From Octopus sinensis (Eukaryota): DNA of 64,000 nt. Below the pieces are notes generated by a model. That model saw only the letters and a list, made by a program, of their open reading frames with translations, was not told the origin of the DNA and ran no database searches. Below, piece after piece: positions 51,172 to 63,951 of this stretch (its first letter is position 1; each line of letters begins with the position of its first letter). The stretch covers positions 29,636,001 to 29,700,000 of the forward strand of contig NC_043005.1 of assembly GCF_006345805.1 (NCBI RefSeq), in the 5' to 3' direction. The translations under genes were made by a program, and so were the position numbers.

Positions 51172-51558
51172 TGCAGTGTGGAAGGTGTTTATAAGCCATT
51201 TAAAAACACACAAAAACTGTTAAATTCACTTCAACATTTAAATTTAATTTGCCAAAATATTTTCATTGCTTTGAGACCGCAACCTGTTCACTGACAAAAT
51301 TCCATGCAGCACAGAATTTTGTCAGTGAACAGGTTGCGGTCTCAAAGTGATGAAAATATTTTGGCAAGTTAAATTTAAACGTTGAAGCGAATTTAATGGT
51401 TTTTGTGTGTGTTTTTAAATGGCTTATAAATAATTAAACATTTATAAAATAATTATTTTCTAAGGAGTCAGAGAATAATTAAAAAAACAAAAAAAGGTGA
51501 AGTGAATTTATGGTTTTTGTGTGTTTTTAAATGGCTTATAAGCACCTTCCTCACTGCA
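51172..51558. repeat. Long fold-back repeat, ~125 bp arms, 13-nt loop, with a partly duplicated right arm
   Basis: tttgagaccgcaacctgttcactgacaaaatt-ccatgcagcacag-aattttgtcagtgaacaggttgcggtctcaaa. Confidence 0.9.
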
Positions 51559-52088
51559 GTTGTTTTCATTCCAGCACATGATCTCAGATCAGGTCACTTG
51601 CTATGCAAGTGCATCTCCATAATATAATATATATATATATGCATACAATTATATATATCAAGTATAATTATTACACCAACTTGCTGAAATGTATGTTTTC
51701 TATAAAGCAGTGAATACCAAAACCTGTTTTCTGTATGTTATTATCATTGTGATATATATACAATTGTTTTTCTTTTGGTTTCTGTCTACCAAATTTACTT
51801 CCAAGTATTTGGTCAGCCTAGGGCTATACTAGAAAACACTTGCCCAGGGCACAATGTAGTGCAACTTTGCTCAAGGCCATGTGGTTGGAAAGCAAACTTC
51901 TTGAGCACATGGCCTCACCTGTGCCTATGCATCAATATATTAACAGCTGTGCCAATACATTCAAATGTATGCCATTAATATAATGTATTAAAATATAATA
52001 CAATACAACATAATGTTGTATAATTTGTTTCTAACTGCAGACCTTGAAGTAGATAAATAATATTTTCATGTCTCTCAAAATTTCTCAA

Positions 52089-52094
<6 letters not shown>

Positions 52095-52124
<30 letters not shown>

Positions 52125-52450
52125 GCTTAATGTCCGTTTTCCATGCTGGCATGGGTTAGATGGTTTGACTGAGGACTGGAGAGCTAGCAGCTGCACCAGG
52201 CTCCAATCTGATCAGGCAATGCTTCTACAGCTGGATGCCTTTCCTAATGCCAACCACTCTGAGTGTGTAGTGGGTACTTTTTATGTGCCACTGGCACGGA
52301 AGCCAGTCAGGCAGGTCTGGCATCAATCACATTCAGATATTGCTTCTTATGTATCACCAGAAGCCAGACTGGAGGCTAGTCAAGGGGTACTGGCATCGGC
52401 CATGTTTGGATGGTGTTTTTTATGTGCCACTGGCATAAGAGCCAGTCAGT
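52095..52450 (-). mobile_element. RTE 3'-UTR fragment (family C). Similar copies at about 23465, 30500, 49620, 50636, 55965 and 60700
   Basis: catcatc..tccgttttccatgctggcatgggtt...ctacagctggatgcc.ttcctaatgccaaccactc. Confidence 0.8.
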
Positions 52451-52629
52451 GGGTATTGGCATCTCAACTCTTATAACATAAATGTTGTATAATATAATAT
52501 AATGTAATGATACATTGGCCTTGAGTTGTTTTGAATTCTGTTCTATTGCTAATGATCAAGATGACAACATTCTCCCTGAACAGGATCCCAGTCCATTGGA
52601 AGGTCACTCTCTTGTACAGTTTCTGCTAC

Positions 52630-53270
52630 CTTTGAGACTTGGATGGTTTGCAAACGCCTTGCCAAAAAGCTAAACCACATCTACATGAACTGCTTGAGAA
52701 AGCTGTTGAAAATCTCCTTGAAAGACAAGGTCCCTGACACAGAGGTCCTTTCTTGAGCTGATCTGCCAGGCAATTCCATACTGCTGAGGAGAATGGAAGC
52801 CAGGTGGGCAGGCCACCTTGTTCAAATGCCTGATGTGTGACTCGCCAAAAGACTGTTCTACAGCAAACTGGCAGAAGGCATGTGCAATGCAAGGTGGACA
52901 GAAAAAGTACTTCAAGAACACACTCCAAGCCTCACTGAAGAGCTTTTAGATGAACCCTGACACCTGGGAAATCCAAGTGCAAGAATGCCCTGCCTGGCAA
53001 AGCTGCACCAACAGTGGTGCCACCTCCAACAAACAGAAGAAGATTGCATGGGGCCAGAAAGAAGACAGGACCCATACAAGTCCAGAACCAACTTGTTGTC
53101 TTCTGTTCCAGCAGACCACCAGCCCAGTAGTGTCCAGCCTGTGGCAGGGCATTCGAAGCATGCATCGGCCAGAGCCAACTTGTTGTCTTCTGTTCCAGCA
53201 GACTACCAGCCCAGTAGTGTCCAGCCTGTGGAAGGGCCTTCTAAGCATGCATTGGCCAGAGTCAGATACA
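52630..53270 (+). mobile_element. RTE (BovB/Expander-like) ORF C-terminal fragment with an 87-bp tandem duplication
   Basis: ETWMVCKRLAKKLNHIYMNCLRKLL..RWAGHLVQMPD..GGQKKYFKNTLQASLKSF..PDTWE; repeat starts at 53082, 53169 and 53256. Confidence 0.85.
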
Positions 53271-53309
53271 CTACCATGACCCATCTTCTCCAATGAGATG
53301 TCTTTGGCC

Positions 53310-53507
53310 ATCATTGACAACATTTCTCCCTGTTCAGGATACTAATCCATTGCAGGGTTGGCACCCATTCTACAGCTGAGTGGACTGGAACAATAGGAAA
53401 TGAAGTGTTTTGCTCAAGAACACAACACATTGCTTAGTCAAGGGATTGAAACCACGATCTTGTGATCATGAGTACAGGGTCCTAATCATTAGGCCCTGTG
53501 CCATCAT
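53310..53507 (-). mobile_element. Another tRNA-headed SINE (gttgtgttcttgagcaaaacacttc core)
   Basis: tggcacagggcctaatgattagg...gtggtttcaatccc on the minus strand, followed by a CORE-like segment. Confidence 0.65.
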
Positions 53508-54304
53508 GAAAATGAAAGCCAGCTGTCTGGTATGATTCCATACAACAGAATAGATTTTGATGCATGGCATATGAATATTTAAATAGGTCAAGAGACCCCC
53601 AATTGTGGACTTTACTGAGGTTTTATAAGTTTACAGATACAATGACCACCACTCCTTTCCTTGCACTTTACATCTTTGTACTGCTCTTCATCAATAACAC
53701 TGTATCCATGCAACCTAGCTTAATAGCGAATGTAGCCATAGTTAATGTAGCAATAATGTTGTAAGAGTTAATGCATCAGTTGTTAGTGCTGTAATATTTG
53801 GTGTAGCAATTCTTAATGTAATAATTAAAGTGGATGCAGTAATTATTCATGCAGCAGTATAACAATAGCTAATGTGTCGATATTTAATACGACATTAGTT
53901 CCACGTCATTTATGAACATCATCATTTAACATCCGCTTATCTGTGTCTGCATGGGTTACAGGCAATTTATTGAGGCAGACTTGCCTCAGCTGGATGCTCC
54001 TTGTCACAAGTCCTTACTTACTTCTATGTCAGGTGATATTTCCCCTTCAGTGGACAGGTTTTTCCCAGAAGACTGGAAATAAACAACCATGATGATAATG
54101 ATTGTTTACCACCATCACATGATGTCTTGACAAGGTCACACACACACGTATGTTCCACTCACTGGAGCTACAGTAGAAAACTCTTGCCCAAAGTGTCTCA
54201 CTGTGAGTATAAACTCAGACCGCATAATTATGAAGCAAGTTTCTCTACCACACAGCAGCTAATGTAGCTATGTAATTAATGCAAAAGAGTTAATTCTATA
54301 ATAA

Positions 54305-54532
54305 TTAAACCATTTATTACCAAATTTCTCTTGAAATACATTCATTCTATTTCAGTTAATTTTAAAAATAAAGTATTTAGTTAAACAACTGTCATAATTA
54401 AATTTGTGTTTGGAATATAAAATAACACTGAATTCTCATGGAAAATTCTAATCTGGATCTCTTTAAAACAGTAATTTTGTATCATAGAACCAGTGCAGTC
54501 TTAGAAGCAAGGTTTGGTATAAAAAGGGTTAA
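54305..54532. mobile_element. TTAA-flanked MITE (piggyBac-like ends)
   Basis: ttaaaccattt ... aaaagggttaa; related sequence at 1720-1830 and 2155-2240. Confidence 0.6.
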
Positions 54533-54624
54533 TGTAGTAGTAGTTAATGTTGAAATGGTTAATATTCTGTTATTCTATTATCGATTTCAGCCAGAGCTTA
54601 TGGCCATCTGGGTCTGCCATTAGC

Positions 54625-54944
54625 ATTAATGCTTACTTTTTTTAAGACTCATTTCCTGGTTCTATCTCTGGAGTCAGTTCCAGTGAAGAAGGGAATTGGA
54701 CAAGCTGACCTTCTTTGTATTTCTTGCCATGGTATGGCTTCATCTGGGATATTGGATAAAATTTTGTCTAATTGTACTGTCTTCACATTCACTTCGACTC
54801 TTTGTAGCTCACGGAGGCCTTTTGGCAAGGTACTGAAAAGTTGTGGACCTTTGAACCCAAAACTGTTGCAGTATTGGGTCCTTACACAAGATGGAGGGGA
54901 TAGGAATTTTGGTAATATGCGAAGTTGTCCAGTCTGATGATTGG
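54625..54944 (-). mobile_element. CR1-type LINE 3' end
   Basis: VRTQYCNSFGFKGPQLFSTLPKGLREL..QLDKILSNIPDE parallels the C-terminus of the 25.4 kb LINE (GPALFNITPK..SLDRFLQEIPD). Confidence 0.75.
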
Positions 54945-55846
54945 TATGAGGTATGATCAATAGGGAATCCGGACTGTTGCCATAGTAACGAAGCTAAAGC
55001 ATGCAGGGTGAAGCCACTCAGCAAAGATTGGCCTTGAATTCTGCTGTGCATGCACACTAAGTTTTAACATTCTAGCTCACTTCTACTGTTTACAGCAGGG
55101 CTTGGAAGGAAGGTGTGTAGCGTGTGATCATCACATTGACAATGACAGAGTAAGTTGTCATGACGATACCTGCCCAGAGGCCTATGCAAAGTTGCAGAAA
55201 GTGTATGGAGAGGAGTGTATGCGCTGCACACATGTGTATGAGTGGTTCAGATGCTTTCAACATGGTCGAAAAAATGTCAATATTGACGAACATTTTAGGA
55301 GACCCACAACCAGCAAAACTGAGCAAAACAGTGCAGATGTGCACGCAGTTGTGAGGGGAACTTGTTGAATCACCATCCATGAGTTATCAGAGGATATGCA
55401 GATTAGTTATGGTTCAGTTCAGTCCATTATCATTGAAGACTTGGGTATGAGATGCGTGCCTGCCAAGTTTGTGCCAGAACTGCTTTCAGCTGACCAAAAA
55501 GTCACTCAGGTTTCAGTTGCATAAGATCTCCTTGATTGTATCGAGAATGATGAAAACTTTTTGAAAACTTTGCATAGTCCTCTGAGCAGGTATCACCAAG
55601 TTTTTGGCAAAATTTGATGCAGATTCTCTGCTCAACTTTCTCTGTCATGGTCAATGCAACAATCACATGCTACACACCTTCCTTCTAAGCACTGCTGTAA
55701 ACAGCAGATGTGAGCTAGAACGTTAAAACTTAGTGTGCATGCACAGCAAAATTCAAGGTCAATCTATTCCATGTGGCTTCACTCTGCGTGTTTTCACTTT
55801 GTTACTATGGCAACAGTCCGGATACTTATTGATCAGATCAAGCATA
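54945..55846 (+). mobile_element. Mariner-derived fold-back element with ~250/280 bp inverted arms
   Basis: Transposase N-terminus AYAKLQKVYGEECM..VYEWF..ITIHELSEDMQISYGSVQSII.EDLGMRCVPAKFVP.LLSADQK; the right arm is a reverse copy of the left end; TA at both ends. Confidence 0.88.
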
Positions 55847-56629
55847 GGTTTCAATTCCAGAGTTGGGTGCTTGACCTTCTAGGGTCTTCCATATTTGTAT
55901 CTCATTGCTTATTTTTCACCTCTTCTCTGTTGTGGTAGATAATGTAATATTTAATGTAGCAATAATTCATGTCATCATCATCATCATCATTGTTTAACGT
56001 CCACTTTCCATGCTAGCATGGGTTGGACGATTCGACTGAGGTCTGGCGAACCAGATGGTTGCACCAGGCTCCAATCTGATCTGGCAGAGTTTCTATAGCT
56101 GGATGCCCTTCCTAATGCCAACCACTCCGAGAGTGTAGTGAGTACTTTTACATGCTACTGGCATGAGGGCCAGTCAGGTGGTACTGGCAATGGCCATGCT
56201 CAAATAGGGCTTTTTATGTGCCACCTGCACAGGAGCCAGTCCAGTGGCACTGGCAACGACCTCGCTCAAATGTTTTTTCACATGCCACCAGCACAAGTGC
56301 CGGTAATGATCACAGGTAACGATCACACTTGAATGGTGCTTTTTATGTGCCAACAATAATAAATATAGTAATAATAATTAATGTAGAGGTAGGTAATGTT
56401 ATAATATTTAATGTTACTTATAACAAACATGTTGAAAATGAAGTATCACATGGGTTTGACAATTCTGCAAATTCAGACATTTGCTGGATCAACTACTGTG
56501 GTCAATTTGAACCACATGACAGCTTTCAATTTCAAAATATGGCATAAAAACAACTTTTGCTTAAGGGGCCCTAAATATAGATCTTCACTGGTATTAGCAG
56601 ATATTATTAACTGGACCATGGCAGTGAGA

Positions 56630-56835
56630 TGGCAGACTTATTAGGACACCAGGCAAAAATGCTTCGTGGCACTTGTCTGTCTTTGGATTCTGAGTTCAAA
56701 TTCTGCCGAATTCTACTTTGTCTTTCATCTTTTCGTGGTCGATGAAATAAGTACCAGTTACACACTGGGGTTGACGTAATTGACTTACCCCCTTCCCCAA
56801 AATTTCAGGTCTTGTTCCTATAATAGAAAGGGTTA
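56630..56835 (+). mobile_element. SINE family A
   Basis: ttctgagttcaaattctgccga...aaataagtaccagtt. Confidence 0.8.
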
Positions 56836-57199
56836 TTAACTGGACTAGATTCATACAACGAGTAACACTGGAAGAGTATACTTTTGCCATCAGGTGTAAT
56901 ATCAGGAATTATGTCACGCATCATTAGAATTGAACTTTCATCAAATTTTTTGCTGCTTTCATAAAATGAGGAAATAAATACAAATTTTTAAAAGAAAAAT
57001 ATATTACTTTAAAATAAAATTAAATAAATTTTCTATTTGTATAACTTCTCCCATTACTCCTTTGCCATTCCATCTCTTTGTGTGTGGCACAAAAGCAAGC
57101 TCCTTTGTTGGGCAGATTTTTTTCTTAGGATTCCTTTGTTTACAAATGTTGACATCAGCAATATTGGTTGAATATTTCTACAAATTTAGAGATAAGTAT

Positions 57200-57620
57200 T
57201 TATCACTGTATCTTTTATCTGTTATTTGTTTCAGGCATTGTACTCTGGCCATACTGGTACGCCATCTTGGAGGGTTTTAGTTGCACAGATCAACCCCAGG
57301 ACTTAATTTTTAAGTCTGATACTTTTTTTATTGGTCTCTTTTGCCAAACCGCTAAATTATAGGGGCACAAACAAACCAACACCAGTTAAGTGGTGGAGGA
57401 GGACAAACCCAAAGACATAACACATTCCTCCCCCCCACACACAGATGGCAGGCTTCCACACATTTTCCATCTGCCAGATTCATTCATAAGATATTGGTCA
57501 ACCTAGAGCTATAATAGAAAGCACTTCCCCAAGGTGTTGTTTAGTGGGATTGAACCCCAAACCATCTGGTTGCAAAGCAAACTTCTTACCCATTCATTCA
57601 TGCTTTCACCTATATCTACA
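57200..57620 (-). mobile_element. Family B SINE with tail D
   Basis: ggtctcttttgccaaaccgctaaatt...cccaaggtg. Confidence 0.7.
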
Positions 57621-57669
57621 TTTTCTTAAAGTATGCATATTTCTTGGTGAGTATATGCTTATTTCCATC

Positions 57670-57830
57670 TTTCTTAGTGTTCTGAGTTCAAATTCTGCCG
57701 AAGTCGACTTTGCCTTTCATCCTTTCAGGGTCGATAAATTAAGTACCAGTGAGACACTGAGGTCAATCTAATCGACTGGGTCCCTCCCCCAAAATTTCGG
57801 GCCTTCTGCCTAGAGTAGAAAAGAAGATAG
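57670..57830 (+). mobile_element. SINE family A
   Basis: gtcgactttgcctttcatcctttcagggtcgataaattaagtaccagt. Confidence 0.85.
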
Positions 57831-59084
57831 GCTTATTTCTAGCATCCACATACACACACAGACACACATGACGATAAGGTATGGTAATATAGTCTTTTAA
57901 CATATAGTCTCACTTACAGGCACACACACACACACAGACACTGACAGAGATGTATACACTCACACACGTGTGCGCACATGCGTGTGTGATCTGAGGCTGA
58001 TAGAATTTCTTAAATACACCAAAGCAACTAAGACATTCTGATAGAAGCAGAGGCACTGCCGAACATATATTTACAAGGTTTTTGGTGTAAACATTTGTCC
58101 TTTACTGCAAACTTGATAGCAGAGTGGTGTAGATATATTTGGTAAAGCTGATCTGGTGACAAATCAACTAGGTCACTAGGTCAACTGACAGTGAAGTGAT
58201 ACAGAAGGAGAAATCATGTCACCTCAGCTTTAACACTCTCTCTCTTGTCAAACTGTTTTGTAACAGGGAAAAGGCGAAAGAACATTGATTTGGGATCGAG
58301 TTTAACAATTTGCAGGTTTTGTTTGCTCTTTGCATATAAGGCAGTTTATTGTTAAAGTAAATATTTTGTAATAGTTGAACTTATTTAGTTAATGTGGCAA
58401 CACTCAATCTAGTAATAAGTAAGATTGAAATAGTTAATGTGGTAGTATTTGATGCAGAATGGTTAATGTAGCAATAGTAAATGTAGGAATATTTAATGTA
58501 GGAATAGTTTATTTGGTTATGGTTACTGTTGAAATAATTAATACAGCAAAAGTGAATGTGATAATAATTAATTGTGCAATAATTAATGTAGTAATATTTT
58601 GTAATAGTTGAAGTTATTTAGTTAATGTGGTAATACTCAATCTAGCAATAAGTAAGATAGAAATAGTTAATGTGGTAGTATTTGATGCAGAATGGTTAAT
58701 GTAGGAATATTTAATGTAGGAAGAGTTTATTTGGTTATGGTTACTGTTGAAATAATTAATACAGCAAAAGTGAATGTGATAATAATTAATTGTGCAATAA
58801 TTAATGTAGTAATAGTTAATGTAGCAAACATTAATGTTATGATAGCTAATAATGTAATAGTTAGTGTAGCAGTCGTTAATGTTGTAATAATTAATGAAGG
58901 AGTTGGTGATTGTATAATTAGTTAATGTTGTAATATTTACAAGCTTAATTACTGTCGTTCTCTTACATCCAAGTGGGTGGGGGTGGGGTGGTATTCACTG
59001 CTCCATTCAGTATCCCATTTGCAAAAGTGAATATCTATATGTATTGTTGTCTGTTTCTCACACACACTCACACATGCACACACA

Positions 59085-59117
<33 letters not shown>

Positions 59118-59365
59118 CACACACACACACACACAAGCACATGCATACATGTGTGTGTTTGTTGTGGAATGTGTAGCTTTTGTCTGTCCCAAGGAGTAAT
59201 TAGTTCTGACACAGATCATCAGTTTACACAGATTGTAGATTTTACTCCATGATATCAATGAACTCTTTACCGACTGACACGGGGTAGGTATGTAGATGGA
59301 AGTGATCCTCGCTTGATATGAACATATATGTGGGTGGGTGTGTCTCTTTCTCTCTCCCTCTCTCC

Positions 59366-59432
<67 letters not shown>

Positions 59433-59497
59433 AAATACAAAATGGGAGCAGCATACATACACTTTGTTCTCTCTCTCTCTATATATATATATATATG

Positions 59498-59804
59498 TGG
59501 AGGCGCAATGGCCCAGTGGTTAGGGCAGTGGACTCGCGGTTGTAGGATCGTGGTTTCGATTCCCAGACCGGCCGTTGTGAGTGTTTATTGAGCAAAAGCA
59601 CCTAAAGCTCCACGAGGCTCCAGCAAGGGGTGGTGGTGATCTCTGCTGTACTCTTTCGCCGTGACTTTCTCCCACTCTTTCTTCTGTTGGCCTGCTCACT
59701 TAGCCAGCGGGATGGCGTCATTTAAAGGCTAAAACAATGCGAAGCGCATTGTGACCAGCAATGTGTAGCAACATCTGATAGCCTGGTCGGTCATGGTGAT
59801 CATG

Positions 59805-59812
<8 letters not shown>
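59498..59812 (+). mobile_element. tRNA-derived SINE family E in a TA repeat
   Basis: A box tggcccagtgg, B box gtttcgattccc, 3' end ggtcggtcatggtgatcatggtga(ta)n. Confidence 0.85.
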
Positions 59813-59844
<32 letters not shown>

Positions 59845-59935
59845 TTAGAGTAGGCTTCTTTTTCGGATATATAATACACTGACAATATATATATGAATAT
59901 ATATATATATATATGTATATATATATGTGAATATA

Positions 59936-59974
<39 letters not shown>

Positions 59975-60100
59975 ATGTATATATATATATATATATGAAT
60001 ATATGAATATATATATATATATATAGATATATATATATATATATCTATATATATATATATATAGATATATATATATATATATATAGATATATATATATAT

Positions 60101-60172
<72 letters not shown>

Positions 60173-60212
60173 ATATATATATACATATATAATATATATA
60201 TATATATCTATA

Positions 60213-60290
<78 letters not shown>
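59808..60290. repeat. ~480 bp TA-rich microsatellite
   Basis: Directly visible. Confidence 0.95.
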
Positions 60291-60502
60291 CTGTTGTGTC
60301 TAGGGAGAGTCAAAATTATTGAAAAGATTGTAAGATGCAAGGAAAATTTTAGAAAAATAAAATGAAATAAGTAGAAATTTTACCCATGTGTGTGTTAAAT
60401 TATAAGGCACTAAAAGAGAATGACTCTCCCCAGACACAACAGAATATGCTTCAACACACAAACTCACATAAAGAATCTTGCAAACCAAATCCCAAAACGA
60501 TC
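60291..60502. repeat. Repeat family F, inverted-pair arrangement
   Basis: ctgttgtgtctagggagagtca ... tgactctccccagacacaacag. Confidence 0.75.
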
Positions 60503-61004
60503 TATATATATAATATATATATATATATATATTAAAAGGTGGTAGTTTTGGTGAAGCATTGTGAGGTATAACTAAAGAATGTAGAAATATAGAAATACAA
60601 AGTAAAACTGCAACTTTGTTTTGTTTTCTTTCCCTTTTGTTGTTTACTTTCTACCTTCTTGCCTTGACCCAGCCTTACACAACAAATCTCTTTAACATAT
60701 GTCATCGTTGTTTAATGTCCACATTCCATGCTGGCATGGGTTGGATGGTTTGACTGAGGACTGGCAAGCCAGAAGGCTGCACCAGGCTCCAGTCTGATCT
60801 GGCAATGTTTCTACAGCTGGATGCTCTCCCAAACACCAACCACTCTGAGAGTGTAGTGGGTGTTTTTTTACATACCACCAGCACTGGCATCAACCACGTT
60901 TGAATTGTAATGGCCAAGCTGTTCATTTGGAACCATCAATAATGTGTCGAGATGTTCCATACCATACTGCCTAAGACTTGCATCTTATTGAACATCATAT
61001 GCGG

Positions 61005-61049
<45 letters not shown>

Positions 61050-61209
61050 ACAGACAGTCAGACAGAGCTGTTCCAATGGGACAGACAATTAGGACAGTCA
61101 TCCATAGTTATTAATGGCAGATGGAGGCCAAATGATTTCCTGTCTTACACCCAGGCAGCCTGGGATCAATTCCCAGAATGGGGACGACAGTATTCTTTTA
61201 AAGGCACAG

Positions 61210-61760
61210 GCATTGCTATGTGGTAAGAAGTTTGCTTCCCAACGACATGGTTCCAGGTTCAGTCCCACTGCATGGCACTCAGGGCAAGTGTCTTCTACTA
61301 TAGCCTTGGGTCAACCAAAGCCTTGTGAGTGGATGTAGTAGATGGAAACTGAAAGAAGTCTGTCATATATATAAATGTGTGTGTGTGTTAGTGTTTGCAT
61401 TTGTCCCCACCACTGTTTGACAACTGGTGTTGGTTTGTTTACTTTCCAGTAGCTTAGTGGTTCAGCAAAAGAGACCGATAGAATAATTACCAGGCTTAAA
61501 TAAAACAAGTTTTGGGGTTGATTCGTTTGCTGCCCCAGTATGGCCACAATGAAATGGCTGAAACATGTAAAAGAGACATATATGTAGTAATGCTGCAATG
61601 TATGTATTTTTTATCTTTTACGTGTTTCAGTCATTAGACTACGGCTATGCTGGGGCACCACCTTGGAGGAATTTTAGCCGAATGAATCGACCTCAATGCC
61701 TCCTTTTTTAAGCCTTATACTTATTCTCTTGGTCTCTTTTGCTGAACCACTATATGTATG
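61210..61760. mobile_element. Family B SINE (+) followed tail-to-tail by a D tail (-)
   Basis: 61210-61575 is forward; 61600-61750 is a reverse D tail. Confidence 0.75.
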
Positions 61761-61971
61761 TGTGTGTGTGTGTAGACATATTAAAAGTAAATAGACACCC
61801 TTGCCTAGTCTTGTTAATGCATTCTGCCCAAGGCATGTCTGTTAAATGCTAGACTAAATGTTTTTAAATGCATCAAATGACATTATTTGGTTTCTAGAAA
61901 TAAACCTTTCAAAAAAAAGATGGTGTCTGTTTATTTTGGAGATTTCTAGAAGTGTATGTATATATGTCTGT

Positions 61972-62040
<69 letters not shown>

Positions 62041-63549
62041 GCAAAAGTTAATGTAGGAGGAGGTGATTAGGTGATTGAGTAATAGCTAATGTAATAATTA
62101 CAATCTTTAACTATTACTACATTAATCAAGCGGAGTCAGTCAGGTGCCATGTTGTATTCTGTTCCACAGGATCGTCTACCATTTTGCACTTTGTGGGTTC
62201 TTCATAGAATGAAGTCAGAATGACCTGACATTTCGACTGAAGCTGTCTGTGGGAGTGTTGTGAACAAAAACACATAACTAGAGTATTTATTGACTTAGAA
62301 TTTGTAAACCATAAAAGATCTTTGTTTGGTTCTTTGTAAATATGATATTCAAGACTCGATTTTTGAAGTTCTCATCCTTCTTTCATCAAGTAATCATGGC
62401 CTCTGTTTATGAGGCTTCATCTGAATGTTGAAATAATGGTGCAATGTGAGTTTATATTAGGAAATAAATGCTGGCTGTGTAGGTAAGAAGCTCACTTCTC
62501 AACCATGTGATCTTGGTTTCAGTCTCACTGCGTATCACCTTAGCCAAGTGTATTCTACTATAGCTCTGGGCCAACTAAAGCCTTGTGAGTGGATTTGTTA
62601 GATGGAAACTGTAAGAATCCCATCAACTATAAATATATATATTTGAATAGATCAGATAAAAGAAGGGAGGTGAGAGAACAGCTGTTTATTCTGTTTGTTT
62701 ACAGTTGTTTCATAATATTGTTATTTACATATTTGGCATTACATCACCATCCACATGGCTATAAGTATAGACATAAAATATATAATAACATGTGTACACC
62801 TAAGGAGGAAGCTAACAGACAAATCTTCAGAATGATTCGTGGTAATCCGAAACACCAACTCTACATGTATGTATATGTGTACCCTTGTCTTGACACCACA
62901 TGTTTGGTTGTAAATGAGCATTATCATTGTACGCATGAGCTTGTCCACTTCCAGTATTTTGTGAAAACATGTCTAGCAGTGGAAAATATTACTTTGCTCA
63001 GAAACAAGTGTGGGTTGGTGACAGGAACGGCATCCATCCAGCTATAGAAAATCTGCCTCAACGAATTCAATAGAAGTTACATGATGATGAAGTTATAAGA
63101 GTTAATGCCTTGTTTCCAGTTATTGATTTCTGGTTTGACATTGAGGGCTTCAGTGAACAAAAGTGTATGTGACCAAATTTGTGTCATTCTTGTCTTCCTA
63201 TGTGGCCATAAAAAGCAAGCCCTGATACCAAAGCTGGATGTGCTTTGTCAACGACTGGAAATAAGGGACATTGATTATATGATTAATAACACTCATTTAC
63301 AAATGTTGTGCAGTGTCAAGTCTTGAACACACACACACACATACATATAAGGCTCAAAATTATACAAAAAGACAAAAAACAACCGACAGAGAGAGGTGAG
63401 GGAACAACAAACAAGGTGTATTAGTTTGACACTTAGGAAAAATGGAAGAAGTCTTTGAGGTTTGAAGCCTATGCTCTTCTACAGAAAATTTTGTGGAGAA
63501 AAAATGGATGGAGAGCGTACAAATACATACATGTATGTGTATGTGTATG

Positions 63550-63596
<47 letters not shown>

Positions 63597-63606
<10 letters not shown>

Positions 63607-63907
63607 ATCACGTGACCGACCAGACCATCAGATGTTGCTACACATCGCTGGTCACAATGCATTCGCATTGTTTTAGCCTTCGAATGACACCACCTCGCTG
63701 GCTAAGCGAGCAGGCTAACAGAAGAAAGAGTGAGAGAAATAGTGGTGAAGGAGTACAGCAGGGATCACCCCCCCCCCCTGCCGGAGCCCTGTGGAGCTTT
63801 TAGGTGTTTTCGCTCAATAAACACACACAACGCCCGGTCTGGGGACCGAAACCGCGATCCTACAACTGCGAGTCCACTGCCCTCACCACTGGGCCATTGC
63901 GCCTCCA
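63597..63907 (-). mobile_element. SINE family E, young copy, in a TA repeat
   Basis: Reverse complement of 59498-59812 with CpGs retained. Confidence 0.88.

Positions 63908-63951
<44 letters not shown>

Larger units (their letters stand above)
53735..62110. repeat. Fragmented 15-bp minisatellite (gcaatagttaatgta)n
   Basis: Patches at 53735-53885, 54258-54304, 54533-54570, 55935-55968, 56355-56420, 58345-58940 and 62045-62110; includes a ~235-bp tandem duplication (58364/58597). Confidence 0.65.

Noticed and set aside
52556-53355. ~45-bp imperfect direct repeats flanking the RTE fragment, read as LTRs or a TSD
   Set aside because: They are too diverged for a TSD, and the right copy is the tail of a SINE. 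They are more likely two independent SINE tails.
58692-58925. NVAIV-type pentapeptide-repeat protein
   Set aside because: It arises from the 15-bp minisatellite. Non-triplet indels break the frame upstream, and there is no splice or start context.
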